Shown piece by piece: positions 42,427-52,886 of a stretch of DNA of 64,000 nt. Under the pieces are notes generated by a model. The model had not been told where the DNA came from. It saw only the letters and a program-made list of their open reading frames with translations, and did not search any database. The DNA lies in contig CAXXMR010000010.1 of the NCBI GenBank assembly GCA_963663805.2, positions 22,754 through 86,753 of the forward strand. The letters run 5' to 3'. The position numbers and the translations under genes are program-made. Every line of letters begins with the position of its first letter. The first letter of the stretch is position 1. This DNA comes from Sedimentisphaerales bacterium (GTDB lineage Bacteria > Planctomycetota > Phycisphaerae > Sedimentisphaerales > SM23-30).

Positions 42427-44694
42427 TCAATTCAGTCGAAACAACTTCTTCGGGTGTCCGCCCTGGGGGCCTGGTTCGGCGTATTCCCAGCACCCCAAAT
42501 CCGCCGCCGCCAAGTCATCAAGGGCCTGGGTCCATTCTTCAGCGGTTCCAAACAATTGAAAACATCTTTGCATGTCCCGCACTGATACCGGCTTGCCCTT
42601 GGACCGTATCAGCTCGATAAGCTCCCGGCGTTTTCGGTCTTCGGGCTTTTCGTCGAGCTGCTCATATACCCGGCGTGATTCATTCTTGAGCCATTCAACA
42701 ATCCGTACCGCCGCCGCCATGCTGTCAGCGCCAACCGGGCCTGTGGCATCACCGCCAGCTTCTACACTTTTGGCGCAGTAGATGATCATTGCCAAACGTG
42801 CTGCGACACCTTCGAGCTTGGCATATACGGTTCGTAACAGCTCGCAGACTTCTTCGAGTTCTTCGGCGTGGGCGCTAAAGAAGTCAATCCACAACCGTTT
42901 TGCCTCGGGCGAAAATTGAATATCCCTCGGCTCCGGGCGGCCTTGGCAGTCCATTGAAGGTTCGAGTTTTAACAAACGGCTGTAGGTTTCTGAGTACCTG
43001 TCTTCGGTCTGGATATCGATAACGGCTTCGGTCCAGCGTTTCTTTCGTCTGGGTGGCATCGCCAGCAAGAAGCGAGCTGCCAGGCCATTCTCCAAGTACT
43101 CCGGAATTAGGCATCGTCTCAAAGTGTCCGGCTGAACCGTTCCCAGAATAGATACCGAAGCTCTGGTGACATAGATAATTTCATCGTTCTTCTTTCGGTC
43201 CATTTGCAGGTTGCGCCCGTTATACATGGTGAGCCAGTGAGCAACATCGCCGCCCTTACCAGCTTTGTATTGACCGAAGCTCCGAAACCATCCGCTCAGT
43301 TCGTCAGACACAACCAGCAAACCTCTGGGGGCCTGCTTCAGCCTGAGCGCCAGGGCTTCAACCGTAACGTCACTACACTTTATCGGCTCATAAACCGGCT
43401 TGGTTCCGTTTTCACCCTGAGCATCAAAATCCTTCTGCTCCTGCTGATAGTCATGATAGCGTTCACTCTGGGCCAGCTCAACCGGCCCAATAGCTTTTTC
43501 CAGGGCGGGGCTTTTCATCGTACCTGAACCCGCCACTACCGCGTCCCACAGTATCGAAGGTTCAGACCACGAATCTTTCGTAAATATCCGTCTGCTGTTC
43601 CCGATAGCTGAAGCCATTGTCACCAAAACCGGCAACGCCAGAAATGCGGGGTCACAGTATAAGGCTTCTGCCGCCTCGGTGATAAACCGGCCCAGGCTCT
43701 CCGGCAAAACCTCAACTGGAAACGGCTTATATGTTATTAACTCCAGCGCTGAAGTTTCCCCGCCGCCCTCAACATCAACCTTCGACATCGATTTCAGGTC
43801 GATTTCTTCGGCTCCGTCCATAACGTTCACCATCGCCTTAGAAACATCTGAGTCAATTTTCTCAGCATGTCCCTGTAAATAATCATATACATCACCTTTG
43901 GGGCCAAGCTGTAGTGATTCCGGGTTGATTCTCATAACCCTGGGCGGGTTGTCGAGCTGGGCCAGCATGTCGATAACATCATCAGCGAATCGGCTGCCGT
44001 CCAGGTCATTGTCGGGCCAGATATAAACCATCTTGCCCGCCAACGGTCCCCAGTCACAGCTTCGGGCATTCTTCGCGCCCATAGGTGAAGTGGTGGCTGT
44101 GAAGTCAATTTCATTCAGGGCGTGGACGCACTTTTCACCCTCGACCACGAAGACCGGGTCCGCAGTCGATATGTCCTGCAAACGATACAGCTTGCGGGGT
44201 TTGGCAGGTGCGCCAAACACGAAGCCATTATCGACGGCCATCAACTGCTTAATATCTTTTTCGCCGTCATGTTTATCGATTCGGACAACCAGTTGGAACG
44301 GCTGCTCGGTCTCAGTCAGATACGAATAAATCGTAACGCTCCCACTGCGACTGAAGTGTCTCTCGACCGCTTCGACATCGGGAAAGATTTTCGTCTGGGT
44401 TTTTACCGGTCTATGCTTACTTACCGGCCCAGGGCTGGAATGTTCCCTGAGAACATCCGCCAGGGGTTGGCCTTGGACCTTTGCGATAACATCGAAGACA
44501 TCCCCGCTGAACCCGCACTTGTGGCATCGGTAGCGCCAGGCATCGCCCTTAGTGTCCCGATATATAGAACCGCTCGGGCGTTTATCATCGCAAAACGGGC
44601 ATCTTACATTACTGCCGTTCACCTTGGCCCCGGCCTTGGTGAGTTCGTTTATCAAATACTGTTTATCTTTTTTAATTACATCCGTGTTTTTCAT
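42427..44694 (-). CDS. Replication protein: CHC2-type zinc finger + TOPRIM primase + DUF3987 (helicase-like) domain
   Basis: CPFCDD...CHKCG, VVEGEK, WPDND, FPVEVLP, GTMKSP, DELSGWF, GLAARFL. Confidence 0.85.
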   Translation of the reverse strand: MKNTDVIKKDKQYLINELTKAGAKVNGSNVRCPFCDDKRPSGSIYRDTKGDAWRYRCHKCGFSGDVFDVIAKVQGQPLADVLREHSSPGPVSKHRPVKTQTKIFPDVEAVERHFSRSGSVTIYSYLTETEQPFQLVVRIDKHDGEKDIKQLMAVDNGFVFGAPAKPRKLYRLQDISTADPVFVVEGEKCVHALNEIDFTATTSPMGAKNARSCDWGPLAGKMVYIWPDNDLDGSRFADDVIDMLAQLDNPPRVMRINPESLQLGPKGDVYDYLQGHAEKIDSDVSKAMVNVMDGAEEIDLKSMSKVDVEGGGETSALELITYKPFPVEVLPESLGRFITEAAEALYCDPAFLALPVLVTMASAIGNSRRIFTKDSWSEPSILWDAVVAGSGTMKSPALEKAIGPVELAQSERYHDYQQEQKDFDAQGENGTKPVYEPIKCSDVTVEALALRLKQAPRGLLVVSDELSGWFRSFGQYKAGKGGDVAHWLTMYNGRNLQMDRKKNDEIIYVTRASVSILGTVQPDTLRRCLIPEYLENGLAARFLLAMPPRRKKRWTEAVIDIQTEDRYSETYSRLLKLEPSMDCQGRPEPRDIQFSPEAKRLWIDFFSAHAEELEEVCELLRTVYAKLEGVAARLAMIIYCAKSVEAGGDATGPVGADSMAAAVRIVEWLKNESRRVYEQLDEKPEDRKRRELIELIRSKGKPVSVRDMQRCFQLFGTAEEWTQALDDLAAADLGCWEYAEPGPQGGHPKKLFRLN

Positions 44695-44698
44695 ACGC

Positions 44699-44941
44699 TT
44701 ATAATCCTTTATCAGCTTTTATTTTTTGCCATTTTTCACGATTCGGACAACCGGCTTCAGTCCAGGCTTCAAGTTCGGCTTTTCGATACAGACTTCGACG
44801 GCCCAGCTTGACCGGCATCGGCCCGAAACGTCCGCTCGATTGCTGCTGATAAAAATGCGTGCGCCCGATTGACAGCATGGAACAAACTTCCCCCACGCCT
44901 AAAAGCAGTTGATTTGTTTGACTGTTTCTTGTAGAATTCAT
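44699..44941 (-). CDS. AlpA/excisionase-like HTH protein
   Basis: LLGVGEVCSMLSIGRTHFY...PVKLGRRSLYRKAELEAW. Confidence 0.8.
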   Translation of the reverse strand: MNSTRNSQTNQLLLGVGEVCSMLSIGRTHFYQQQSSGRFGPMPVKLGRRSLYRKAELEAWTEAGCPNREKWQKIKADKGL

Positions 44942-45005
44942 TTGTTGTTTTCCTTATTGGTAGGGAACAATGTTATGGGTCGGGGTCGTGCAATGGCCCC
45001 GGCCT

Positions 45006-45212
45006 TTACTTATTCGAGCAGTCCTCGGGCGTAAACGCCTTATGGCATATAGCCCAGCTCGCTCTTTCGATATCCTCGGTAGTCCAAATGAAATTACCGC
45101 CAGGCCCTTTATCGGGCGGCCTCATTCGATTATTAGTTATCGCCTGGTGCAAAGCATGTATGGGAACGTCCAGCAGCTTGGCAACTTGAATGGTACTCAT
45201 AAACTTTGACAT
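45006..45212 (-). CDS. Small MerR/HTH-like DNA-binding protein
   Basis: MSTIQVAKLLDV...FIWTTEDIERA, with GGAG RBS. Confidence 0.65.
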   Translation of the reverse strand: MSKFMSTIQVAKLLDVPIHALHQAITNNRMRPPDKGPGGNFIWTTEDIERASWAICHKAFTPEDCSNK

Positions 45213-45690
45213 GATTAAAATCTCCAAATACGTTTGATAATGGGGGGCATGGCCCAGATGGGCGCACGCCCCCCGGTGTTATCGCTTATGCATGGTGTGC
45301 TACTAACGCTTGGTTACGCTCCGCAATCGTTTCCCCTTTGTAAATGTCAACCTTCATGTCATCGTAGATACGGATGAAGGTTCCATCGGGGAAACCTTGG
45401 GCATGGTGTCACACTGTTCCGCAATTCCAACATTGCTTGATTCGATCTGATTCATAATCAGCTCCTTAAAAAAAGTATTTTGTTATCATCATCATTTTGG
45501 CACGTGCTCTACAAACCAGGGGGACTCAATAAAACGGCGCATAAAAAAACCCGGCATTGCACGTAAGTCCTTGCAGTGCCGGAGATTAAAAAATACGTAT
45601 TTTTTTATTTAAGCAAATAAACTGTGAATAAAATGTAATAAAACTTATTTGATTCTATTTTCGGTGAACATGACTCAGGTTACTTTAGTT

Positions 45691-46485
45691 TCAGAGAGCA
45701 TCTCTCTTCTGTATACTCCGCCCTGGTTCTGGTCTTGCTGCGAAGTCAATTAATTTTTGCAGGTCAGGGTTTGTTTTTATGATATACCTGATTTGGCTCT
45801 CAGACAAATCGGTTGCTTTAGACAAGTCGTTTATGGCTGGGTGCTCGCAGTTCTTTTGTATATACTTAACTATTATCCCTCGTAAGATGTTCACCCTATT
45901 TCTTTGTTCGGCTTTGCTCGGCCTGCTCTTTTTCTTTTTTAGCGTTTGTTTTTTTTCTTCTGGTGTATCCGTTGTAGTTGTTGATTCTTGGGGTTGTTCT
46001 TTTCTTGTATTCCTTGCTTCTTGCCTTTTCAGTTCGAGTGAAATATTGTGATCAAGGTCTATGAGTTCCAAATGGCTCGGGCGTGTTTTTGTAATTTCAT
46101 TATATATTTCTGCAATTTCGACAGGGTTGTATGGACGAAAAGGAAATACTACGTTTTTCCATTCCTCTAAAAAACCATAATACCTATCATAAACATTTTT
46201 AAGCCCAGCTTGTATCAAAACTTCATTAATATAAACTGGTTCCAAGAAAAAATTTGATAGAAAAGTCTTAATTACCTGATCAGATAAAGAAATATATTCA
46301 GATGAAATTTGTCGCTGTAATTCATTAATAAGGGAAAAAGTTTTATGATGATTTTCAGGTTTAAGATAGTAATCTTCGGGCTTATTGTAAAAACGCTCTT
46401 CTAGGGTGTATAGTGCTTCCATTAGTGTTTCTTGGAAATTCCATATTTCCACTACCAGGCTTCCAAGTGTACTATCCATAACCAA
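45691..46485 (-). CDS. Hypothetical protein with possible C-terminal HTH
   Basis: 264-aa AT-rich ORF containing PAINDLSKATDLSESQIRYII. Confidence 0.55.
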   Translation of the reverse strand: MVMDSTLGSLVVEIWNFQETLMEALYTLEERFYNKPEDYYLKPENHHKTFSLINELQRQISSEYISLSDQVIKTFLSNFFLEPVYINEVLIQAGLKNVYDRYYGFLEEWKNVVFPFRPYNPVEIAEIYNEITKTRPSHLELIDLDHNISLELKRQEARNTRKEQPQESTTTTDTPEEKKQTLKKKKSRPSKAEQRNRVNILRGIIVKYIQKNCEHPAINDLSKATDLSESQIRYIIKTNPDLQKLIDFAARPEPGRSIQKRDAL

Positions 46486-46593
46486 CCCTTTCCATCGGGT
46501 CGGGCCTGAATGGTTTCGGGCAGGGTTGGACGCCTTCGACCATTCAGGACCGCTTGGCAGGTGATCGGCCCGCCGTCCCGATACATAATCACG

Positions 46594-49559
46594 CTATTCT
46601 AAACAAGCATCTTCTGGGACAAGATTACACGACAACCAATTAGAAGCAAGAATAGCCAGGTCAATAAGGTCGATTCTGCAATCATAGTTTGTATCCCCAG
46701 GCAAGTATTCACGACAATAAGGTTCTGGCCCCCAAGGTGATTTACTGGCGTATTCAGTTCCGCCGTATGCTCCTTGATTTATTCGGCTGCCATTGGGCGC
46801 GGGTTCGTCTAATGCTCCGCCAATCGGTTCCCCGGCATCTATACATAAACTGGTGACTTCATCGTTAACCCAAGTATGACTGTCTGGTTGCCACCGTCCC
46901 GCAATCGATTTAAGATGATAATCACCTTCAACCCAATTGTCCGATACATCCCAATATCCGGCAATAGCAAAAAGTGGGTCTTCGTGCGTATCTGTAGGCC
47001 CTGGTGCCATATTACTGTAATTACCTAATAAGTTGTCCCAAACGTTGTTGTATTTTAGTATTGCCCCACAGCCATCCTGATTATGAATGCCGTAAAGTCT
47101 GTTTCTGACAATGATGTTGTTATGTATGATAACATTGCCACATGATTTCTTAAAAATGCCATTTCCGGTATTACCAACAATCGTGCAATTTGTAATCTTG
47201 CCATAATATACATAAATGCCGTCACTGGAGTTGCCGCTAACAATACAATTATAAATCTCATTATCGTCATTACTGCTCGTTGAACCAATTATTCCACCAT
47301 TCTTATTTTGTCTGACTATGCAATTCACAATATGGCCAGAACAACTTGACATACCCGTATTATTATTATCGACCACGCAATTACTGATCGTACCATCAGA
47401 GGAAAGAATTCCTTGTCCGTTATTTGTAGTGACGACACAATCGTCAATCTCACCATCACAATTATCTATACCTCTGGTTCCATTTTCACGAATTACGCAT
47501 TCCGTAATTGTGGGTGAAGCGTTATTTCCCTTAATTCCAGTTTCAGCATTAAGCCGGATAACACATTTACTTATTGTAACATTTTAGCCAAGTGAAGCAA
47601 ATTCTATAGCTTTTGGGTTGGCTTGTGCAAAAAAAAGACAAAAAAACTTCAAAATGTTAAGATGGGTAATTTGCGCTATTGCGTGTAATGGTTTATAGTT
47701 TCAGCATGATGAAGCCGAATGCTGAACAGGCTATCGCCGACCTGGCCTTAGAGCAGGAATTGACTGCGGAGCAGGCTGAGCTTATTTACGAGCAAGGCAG
47801 AGAGGCGGTGGTTTTTGTTTTGCTGAGACTGTCGAAACTGGCAGCGGAAAAAACACAAGGTACGTTAGTTGCCGGCAGTCCGGCTGATCCTTCGTGTCCC
47901 TCAGGTCAGAAGCCGGTTTTTGTCAAGCCGAACAAAACAGATAAAAAACGCGGCAAAAAGTTTGGCCGTAAAAAAGGGCATCAAGGTACTCGCCGCAATC
48001 TGCCGACCCAAATAGACCGTACCGAAGAACATCGCGCTTCATGTTGTCCGGACTGCGGCGGCGAACTGAAAAAATGTTCCGGCACACGTGAACGAATCAT
48101 CGAAGACATCCCGGAAGATGTTCGCGTTGAGACGGTAAAGCATGTTATTCATCGCGACTGGTGTCCGAACTGTCGCAAGGCGGTTGAGCCGATCGTAACC
48201 GATGCTCTGCCAAAATCATCTATTGGCAATGGTATTGTGGTTTTGTGTGCCTGGCTCCACTTTGCGTTGGGCAATACGATAGCGCAGATCCTGGAGGTGT
48301 TTAATTTTCATCTCCGGTTTAAGATGTCGCCGGGCGGATTAGTCCAGATGTGGCATCGTTTAGCGGATATACTCCTGGCCTGGTACGAAGAAATAATCGA
48401 GGACATTCAAAAAGCCGGTGTCCTGCACGGCGATGAGACCGGCTGGCGGGTAAACGGTAAAACGCATTGGTTATGGTGCTTTACCAGCCATCAAGCCACG
48501 ATTTTTACGGTCGAGCAGTCGCGGGCCGGGCCGGTGGTTTTGGAATTTATCAAAGAATGTTTCAACGGCGTGTTCGTAAGTGACTTCTGGTATGCTTACA
48601 ATGTATTGTCATGCGCCAAACAAAAGTGCCTGGTTCACTTACTGCGTGATTTGGAGCGAGTCTGGAAAGCCAAAGACCACAGCGGCGATTGGCCGAGGTT
48701 CTCCAAAAAACTCAAACGATTAATTCGCGACGCGATACGCCTGCGTAAACGCATCGATGAACTGGATGCGACGGTTTACCAGCGGCGCTGCCAACGAATC
48801 GAAAAACGCTTGGATCTTATTATCGCGCATGAGTGGTCGAACAAGGAAGCTCAGCGGTTGATTAAGCGTTTGAAACGCCATCATGATGAGCTGTTCACTT
48901 TTCTGAGCAATCGCGAGGTGCCGTTCGATAATAATTTTGGCGAACGCAGCATTCGCGGCGCGGTGATCATGCGAAAGAACAGCTATAACAACCGCAGCGA
49001 CCGTGGAGCCCGAACGCAATCGGTGCTGATGAGCGTGTTTTTTACCCTGAAACAACGCGGCCTAAACCCGGTTGCTACCATCAAAAAAGCCCTGCGAACA
49101 TACATCAAAACCGGCAAATTGCCAAAACTCGCGGAGTTCTCTGCTTCACTTGGCTAAAGTGTTACTACTTATTAAAGGGCTGGAATAATAACAATATATT
49201 CCATTAGTGCCGCCGTCCTGGATAGTGATACCGATGATCTTAGACCCTTCGTCTTCTCCACTGTCAAACGTTACTACATTGCCAACACCACTGCCGTCAA
49301 TGGTTGTGGCATAAACATTGTTAATGTCACTGGGGTCTAAGCCTTTAATGGTTAATGCCTTGCCGTAGAAGTTTATATTTTCGTGATATATACCAGGGCT
49401 TACTTCTATGACATAACCGTCAAAGGAATTGTTAATGGCATCCTGAATGGTGCTGTAATCAGCGGGGCCATTGTCATCAACCGTAACAACTTGAGCATAA
49501 GCATAAGATGAAGACACCAATAAAATAATTGACAACCATCTAAAAATTCTTGCTTTCAT
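46594..49559 (-). pseudogene. Secreted right-handed parallel beta-helix protein with dockerin-like tail, interrupted by IS66 copy 2
   Basis: Signal peptide, DYSTIQDAIN, PGIYHENINF, repeated I.NC.I..N, DYHLKS, INQGAYGGT, GDTNYDCRIDLIDL. Frame rejoins across the TSD. Confidence 0.87.
47576..49165 (+). mobile_element. Single-ORF IS66-family element, copy 2 (transposase 47706-49157)
   Basis: Same IRs and identical protein to copy 1, 8-bp TSD TACTTATT. Confidence 0.95.
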
Positions 49560-49893
49560 AATTCAATTCTCCTTTTTTTATGTGTCGCCCGTAAAAGAAA
49601 AAAAGCCTTAACTAACGCATAAAGTCGATATAGAATACCAAAAACCAACTGCCTCTGTCTATCGTGGTAAATACGGTATTTCATAATTATTTTGGGATTT
49701 ACAGATTATTCCCGCATGGCCTGAACAATCCCCGCCAGAGCCTTCTTCTGGGCCTCGGTAAGCTCCGGCCAAGCCCTGAGAATCGGTCCCAGAAGGTCGT
49801 CATTCTGCGCGCAAATGGCAAGGGATTTGGCAAGGTGAGATTCTGGGGATTCTAAGCTCTTGATTATTAAGGGGTTTATCGTTTATCGTCGAA

Positions 49894-49937
49894 GGTTTAG
49901 GAAACCGTCGCTCTATCCTGGCTGAGCTACGGGTGCA
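49894..49937 (-). pseudogene. Displaced 5' half of tRNA-Arg(CCT) in the second att site
   Basis: Identical to the tRNA from G1 through the anticodon loop, with no T-arm or acceptor 3' strand. Confidence 0.9.
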
Positions 49938-50149
49938 TGGAGGTATTTTAGCGGTAAGTTCGGCATTTACAACGTTTTTTTGAGCTTTTCGCGGCTCTCA
50001 AAAGCAGTTCTTATAGGAGAGCTTGGTCATCGTCGAGGCGGGCGGAGTAGATATGTTCGTCGGGGTCTTCCGGTATGAAGCTGTCAAGGATGATGATATG
50101 CCAGTTGTCCTGTTGGAAAGCGTAGTATCTGTCCGGCATCAAATTGGTG

Positions 50150-50707
50150 TTACGATTTTTCATAAGTGCCGACGCGGATGCGGTGCCAGATGTTGACCAG
50201 GCCCTGGGCGCGGAAGAAGAGGATTAGTGATAAGGCGATGCGGAGGAAGCAGTTTAGGGCTGAGGATTGGGCAGAATCTTTTAGTTTGCTATAAAAATCA
50301 TACTGATCAACGAAATGTCTCATGTTGTTGAGGGTAACAATCAAATTTGCCAGATTAGATAGAGAGCTGGCAAAAATAATTACCGCGACGACTGAAAAAG
50401 CAATTGCCTGAATATCTTTACTCGATAACGAAGTGGTTACTATTGCGGAGCTGTCTTTTTTGAAGATATAAGCGGCAATACGGTTACTTTTGGTCAATAA
50501 AAGTATTCCAAATACGACCATGATAGCGAAATATAATAAAAGTGTTATTGAAGATGCAGCACCCCAGGAGTCGAAGGCATAAGATTCTTTGTCGAATAAG
50601 CTTCCGATTAGTACAAATGAAACTCCCTGGGATTGAAGAAAGGCTTGGATAATAACGTAAATACCGAAAAGTTTTAAGCACAGCGAAGTTAGTTCTTGTT
50701 TGGTCAT
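50150..50707 (-). CDS. Hypothetical membrane protein (4 TM)
   Basis: 185-aa ORF with AGGAG RBS and four hydrophobic segments. Confidence 0.7.
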   Translation of the reverse strand: MTKQELTSLCLKLFGIYVIIQAFLQSQGVSFVLIGSLFDKESYAFDSWGAASSITLLLYFAIMVVFGILLLTKSNRIAAYIFKKDSSAIVTTSLSSKDIQAIAFSVVAVIIFASSLSNLANLIVTLNNMRHFVDQYDFYSKLKDSAQSSALNCFLRIALSLILFFRAQGLVNIWHRIRVGTYEKS

Positions 50708-50755
50708 TTCTGGACTCCTTATTCAGGTTTTGTAAGCGTTCACAATAGTTTCTTT

Positions 50756-50842
50756 CGCCCCTTTGGGGCTTTTTTCTTTTTCAGGGTAACCCACCGGGGT
50801 TTTACACCCCCGGCTATGCGTTCGGGCGACCCCTTCGGGGTC
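50756..50842. repeat. REP-like multi-hairpin element (related copy at 56218-56304)
   Basis: CGCCCCTTTGGGGCT ... CCGGGGTTTTACACCCCCGG ... GACCCCTTCGGGGTC. Confidence 0.6.
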
Positions 50843-50858
50843 TTTTGACGGCAAAGTC

Positions 50859-50905
50859 TTCAATCTAGTTTGAATTGTGATTTGTATGCTTCGGCGTCGG
50901 TTTGG
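50859..50905. repeat. 47-bp perfect direct repeat of the carbamoyltransferase 3' end (other copy 54346-54392)
   Basis: TTCAATCTAGTTTGAATTGTGATTTGTATGCTTCGGCGTCGGTTTGG. Confidence 0.93.
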
Positions 50906-52844
50906 TTAATTTCCAGATAATTCTCAGGTCGTCTCGATATAAAGTATCCGGGGTGGTTACATTTTCTATATATTTTTTTTGTATGGGCCAGGGGGAGTCT
51001 GGTTTTCTGGTTATGACCAGGTACTGAACCGATGCTTTAATGAGGTTATTATATGTTTGTTCAAGTTGTTCGGGTGAGAGATATATTGAGGACGGCGAGT
51101 GTTCCCAGCAATCCAGATTTTGGGAATTGTTTTTATTTTTTTGGTGAAGGATTGGCTTTTGGGTTCCGTTGGGGTATGTGAAAATTGGTTGAAACTGTAT
51201 TTTTCTACCATAGTATGGGTAGTATCGCCATTCCAGTGAGTTGCAGAACCAGGCGATTTTTGATTTTGGGGGCAGGGATTCGAGATATTGGGAAACAGGA
51301 TGTCTATCGAAAATGTTCTGGTCCGTTAGTTTTTTCTGGTGGTTGTGGCAGAGAGAAAATGTAAGCCAGAAAGCCGGTTGGGCAAGGAACAGTACTAAAA
51401 CTAAATTGGCGTGGTTTGTCGCCAACTTACATCTGGCATATACCATGTTTTGGATTTGGCGGAGTTTTTGGTTAAGGTGATTTGGGAGGGCGGCAAAGAG
51501 CATGATAATGCCAATGGCGTGAATAAGTATAAGATATCGTAAGGCGATTTTTAATTCGGCATTGATTTGATGTATTGTAGCTGAATATGGAGTAAAGATA
51601 TAGGAAGTGGTAAAAATGGCGGCAATGGCAAGTAATATAATAAGCGTTTTTTTTGGGGATTTGTCTTTTGTTACTCTGATGATATAGATGAACGCTGAAA
51701 TGTATCCTGCCAAGATGGTGACGGCAAGCGGCCAGGGCCAATTGAGATGGCCTTTGATGATTTCGCCAGCGATGTTTTTGTCTGAGATACTTTTGATGAT
51801 CCAGCTATATAAAGTTGTATTGTGGAGTTCGCTTTTTTTGAGCAGTCCGTCAAAACAGAAAAATTCGGCGGGGAAAAAGGGGTTTTCGGTTAAAATAATA
51901 TTTCTAAGATACCAATAGCTTCCGGTCAGCAATGCCGCGAACAGAAAGAATAAGATTGGTTGAATTTTCCTTTTAGGTGAATCTGAACTATAGATTGCTG
52001 TGAGAAAAACTACGAGGATTACTGTTAATGAAGCCGGTAGTGCATTAGGTTTGATTCCCACTGCAAATCCAACTACTAATCCTGTAAAAAAAGAAATCCG
52101 ACATAAGTTCTGGTGATTCCGTTTGATTGGTTGGAAAAAAATGGTGAAGGCTGCCAGAATGCAGGTTGGCCAGGCAAGGTCATTGGCGGAAAAACTGCGT
52201 ACAGAATTTTCCACACATTTTGGCAAAAGAATTAAAAGAACGGCGATAAAGGCGGCAATCGGGGGTGTTTTTAGGGTTCTGGTCAGCAGGCAATATATGG
52301 TTATCATTAGTAAGAACAGCCAATAAAAACCGGCCAGACCTACCAGCGCGTCATCATGAAAAGGGAGCATGAACCATAAGGAAAATAATTCTGCATTATA
52401 AGGATAGTATGACCAGAGTATAGGGATTATGGTTGCTTTGCCATCAATAAGCCATTGTGCCGGCATTGATGAGTGATAAGTAAGTCCGTCCAGCCCTGGT
52501 TTGCTGCCTAGTATAATTAATTGACCCAATATGAGGGCAATTGCAACTGCGGCTATCGTCGTTATTCCGTAATGCTTCCAGCTTATTTTAGTTGATTGTT
52601 TCGCCGGTTTTTGGGCGACAGCGGATAGTAATATCAAGATGAGTGTCAGAGTTGTTACGGGTAAGATTGACAGGTGGCCGGTAATTCCACATATTAGTAT
52701 GACCAGTACTGATAAAATTGGGAAAAGGATAAGGGATGTCAGTGTCTGGGTCCATAGCGGCTCAGTTTTTAAGGCTTTCCGAACTATTAAAAATGCAGAG
52801 AGCAAGAGCAAGGAGTTGTTAATTGTATAGAGTATATTGGGCAT
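50865..52844 (-). CDS. Polytopic membrane protein, GT-C glycosyltransferase-like
   Basis: Many TM helices, DGLTYH, YPYNAEL, GIKPN, WYLRNIILTENPFFP. Confidence 0.7.
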   Translation of the reverse strand: MPNILYTINNSLLLLSAFLIVRKALKTEPLWTQTLTSLILFPILSVLVILICGITGHLSILPVTTLTLILILLSAVAQKPAKQSTKISWKHYGITTIAAVAIALILGQLIILGSKPGLDGLTYHSSMPAQWLIDGKATIIPILWSYYPYNAELFSLWFMLPFHDDALVGLAGFYWLFLLMITIYCLLTRTLKTPPIAAFIAVLLILLPKCVENSVRSFSANDLAWPTCILAAFTIFFQPIKRNHQNLCRISFFTGLVVGFAVGIKPNALPASLTVILVVFLTAIYSSDSPKRKIQPILFFLFAALLTGSYWYLRNIILTENPFFPAEFFCFDGLLKKSELHNTTLYSWIIKSISDKNIAGEIIKGHLNWPWPLAVTILAGYISAFIYIIRVTKDKSPKKTLIILLAIAAIFTTSYIFTPYSATIHQINAELKIALRYLILIHAIGIIMLFAALPNHLNQKLRQIQNMVYARCKLATNHANLVLVLFLAQPAFWLTFSLCHNHQKKLTDQNIFDRHPVSQYLESLPPKSKIAWFCNSLEWRYYPYYGRKIQFQPIFTYPNGTQKPILHQKNKNNSQNLDCWEHSPSSIYLSPEQLEQTYNNLIKASVQYLVITRKPDSPWPIQKKYIENVTTPDTLYRDDLRIIWKLTKPTPKHTNHNSN

Positions 52845-52886
52845 CTTGTTTTTCTTCAGGGCGTCAGGTTTGATCTGTGCTATTTT

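Larger units (their letters stand above)
40667..49972 (-). mobile_element. Integrative satellite-like element (~9.3 kb including IS66) bounded by 79-bp direct repeats
   Basis: Repeat at 40667-40745 and 49894-49972. Encodes integrase, primase-DUF3987, AlpA-like HTH proteins and cargo. Confidence 0.9.

Noticed and set aside
49894..49937. Second functional tRNA-Arg
   Set aside because: Lacks the T-arm and 3' acceptor strand. It is the att duplicate.
52845..52886. Weak similarity to the 47-bp repeat between the two GT-C genes
   Set aside because: Needs gaps over ~18 nt and could be chance.
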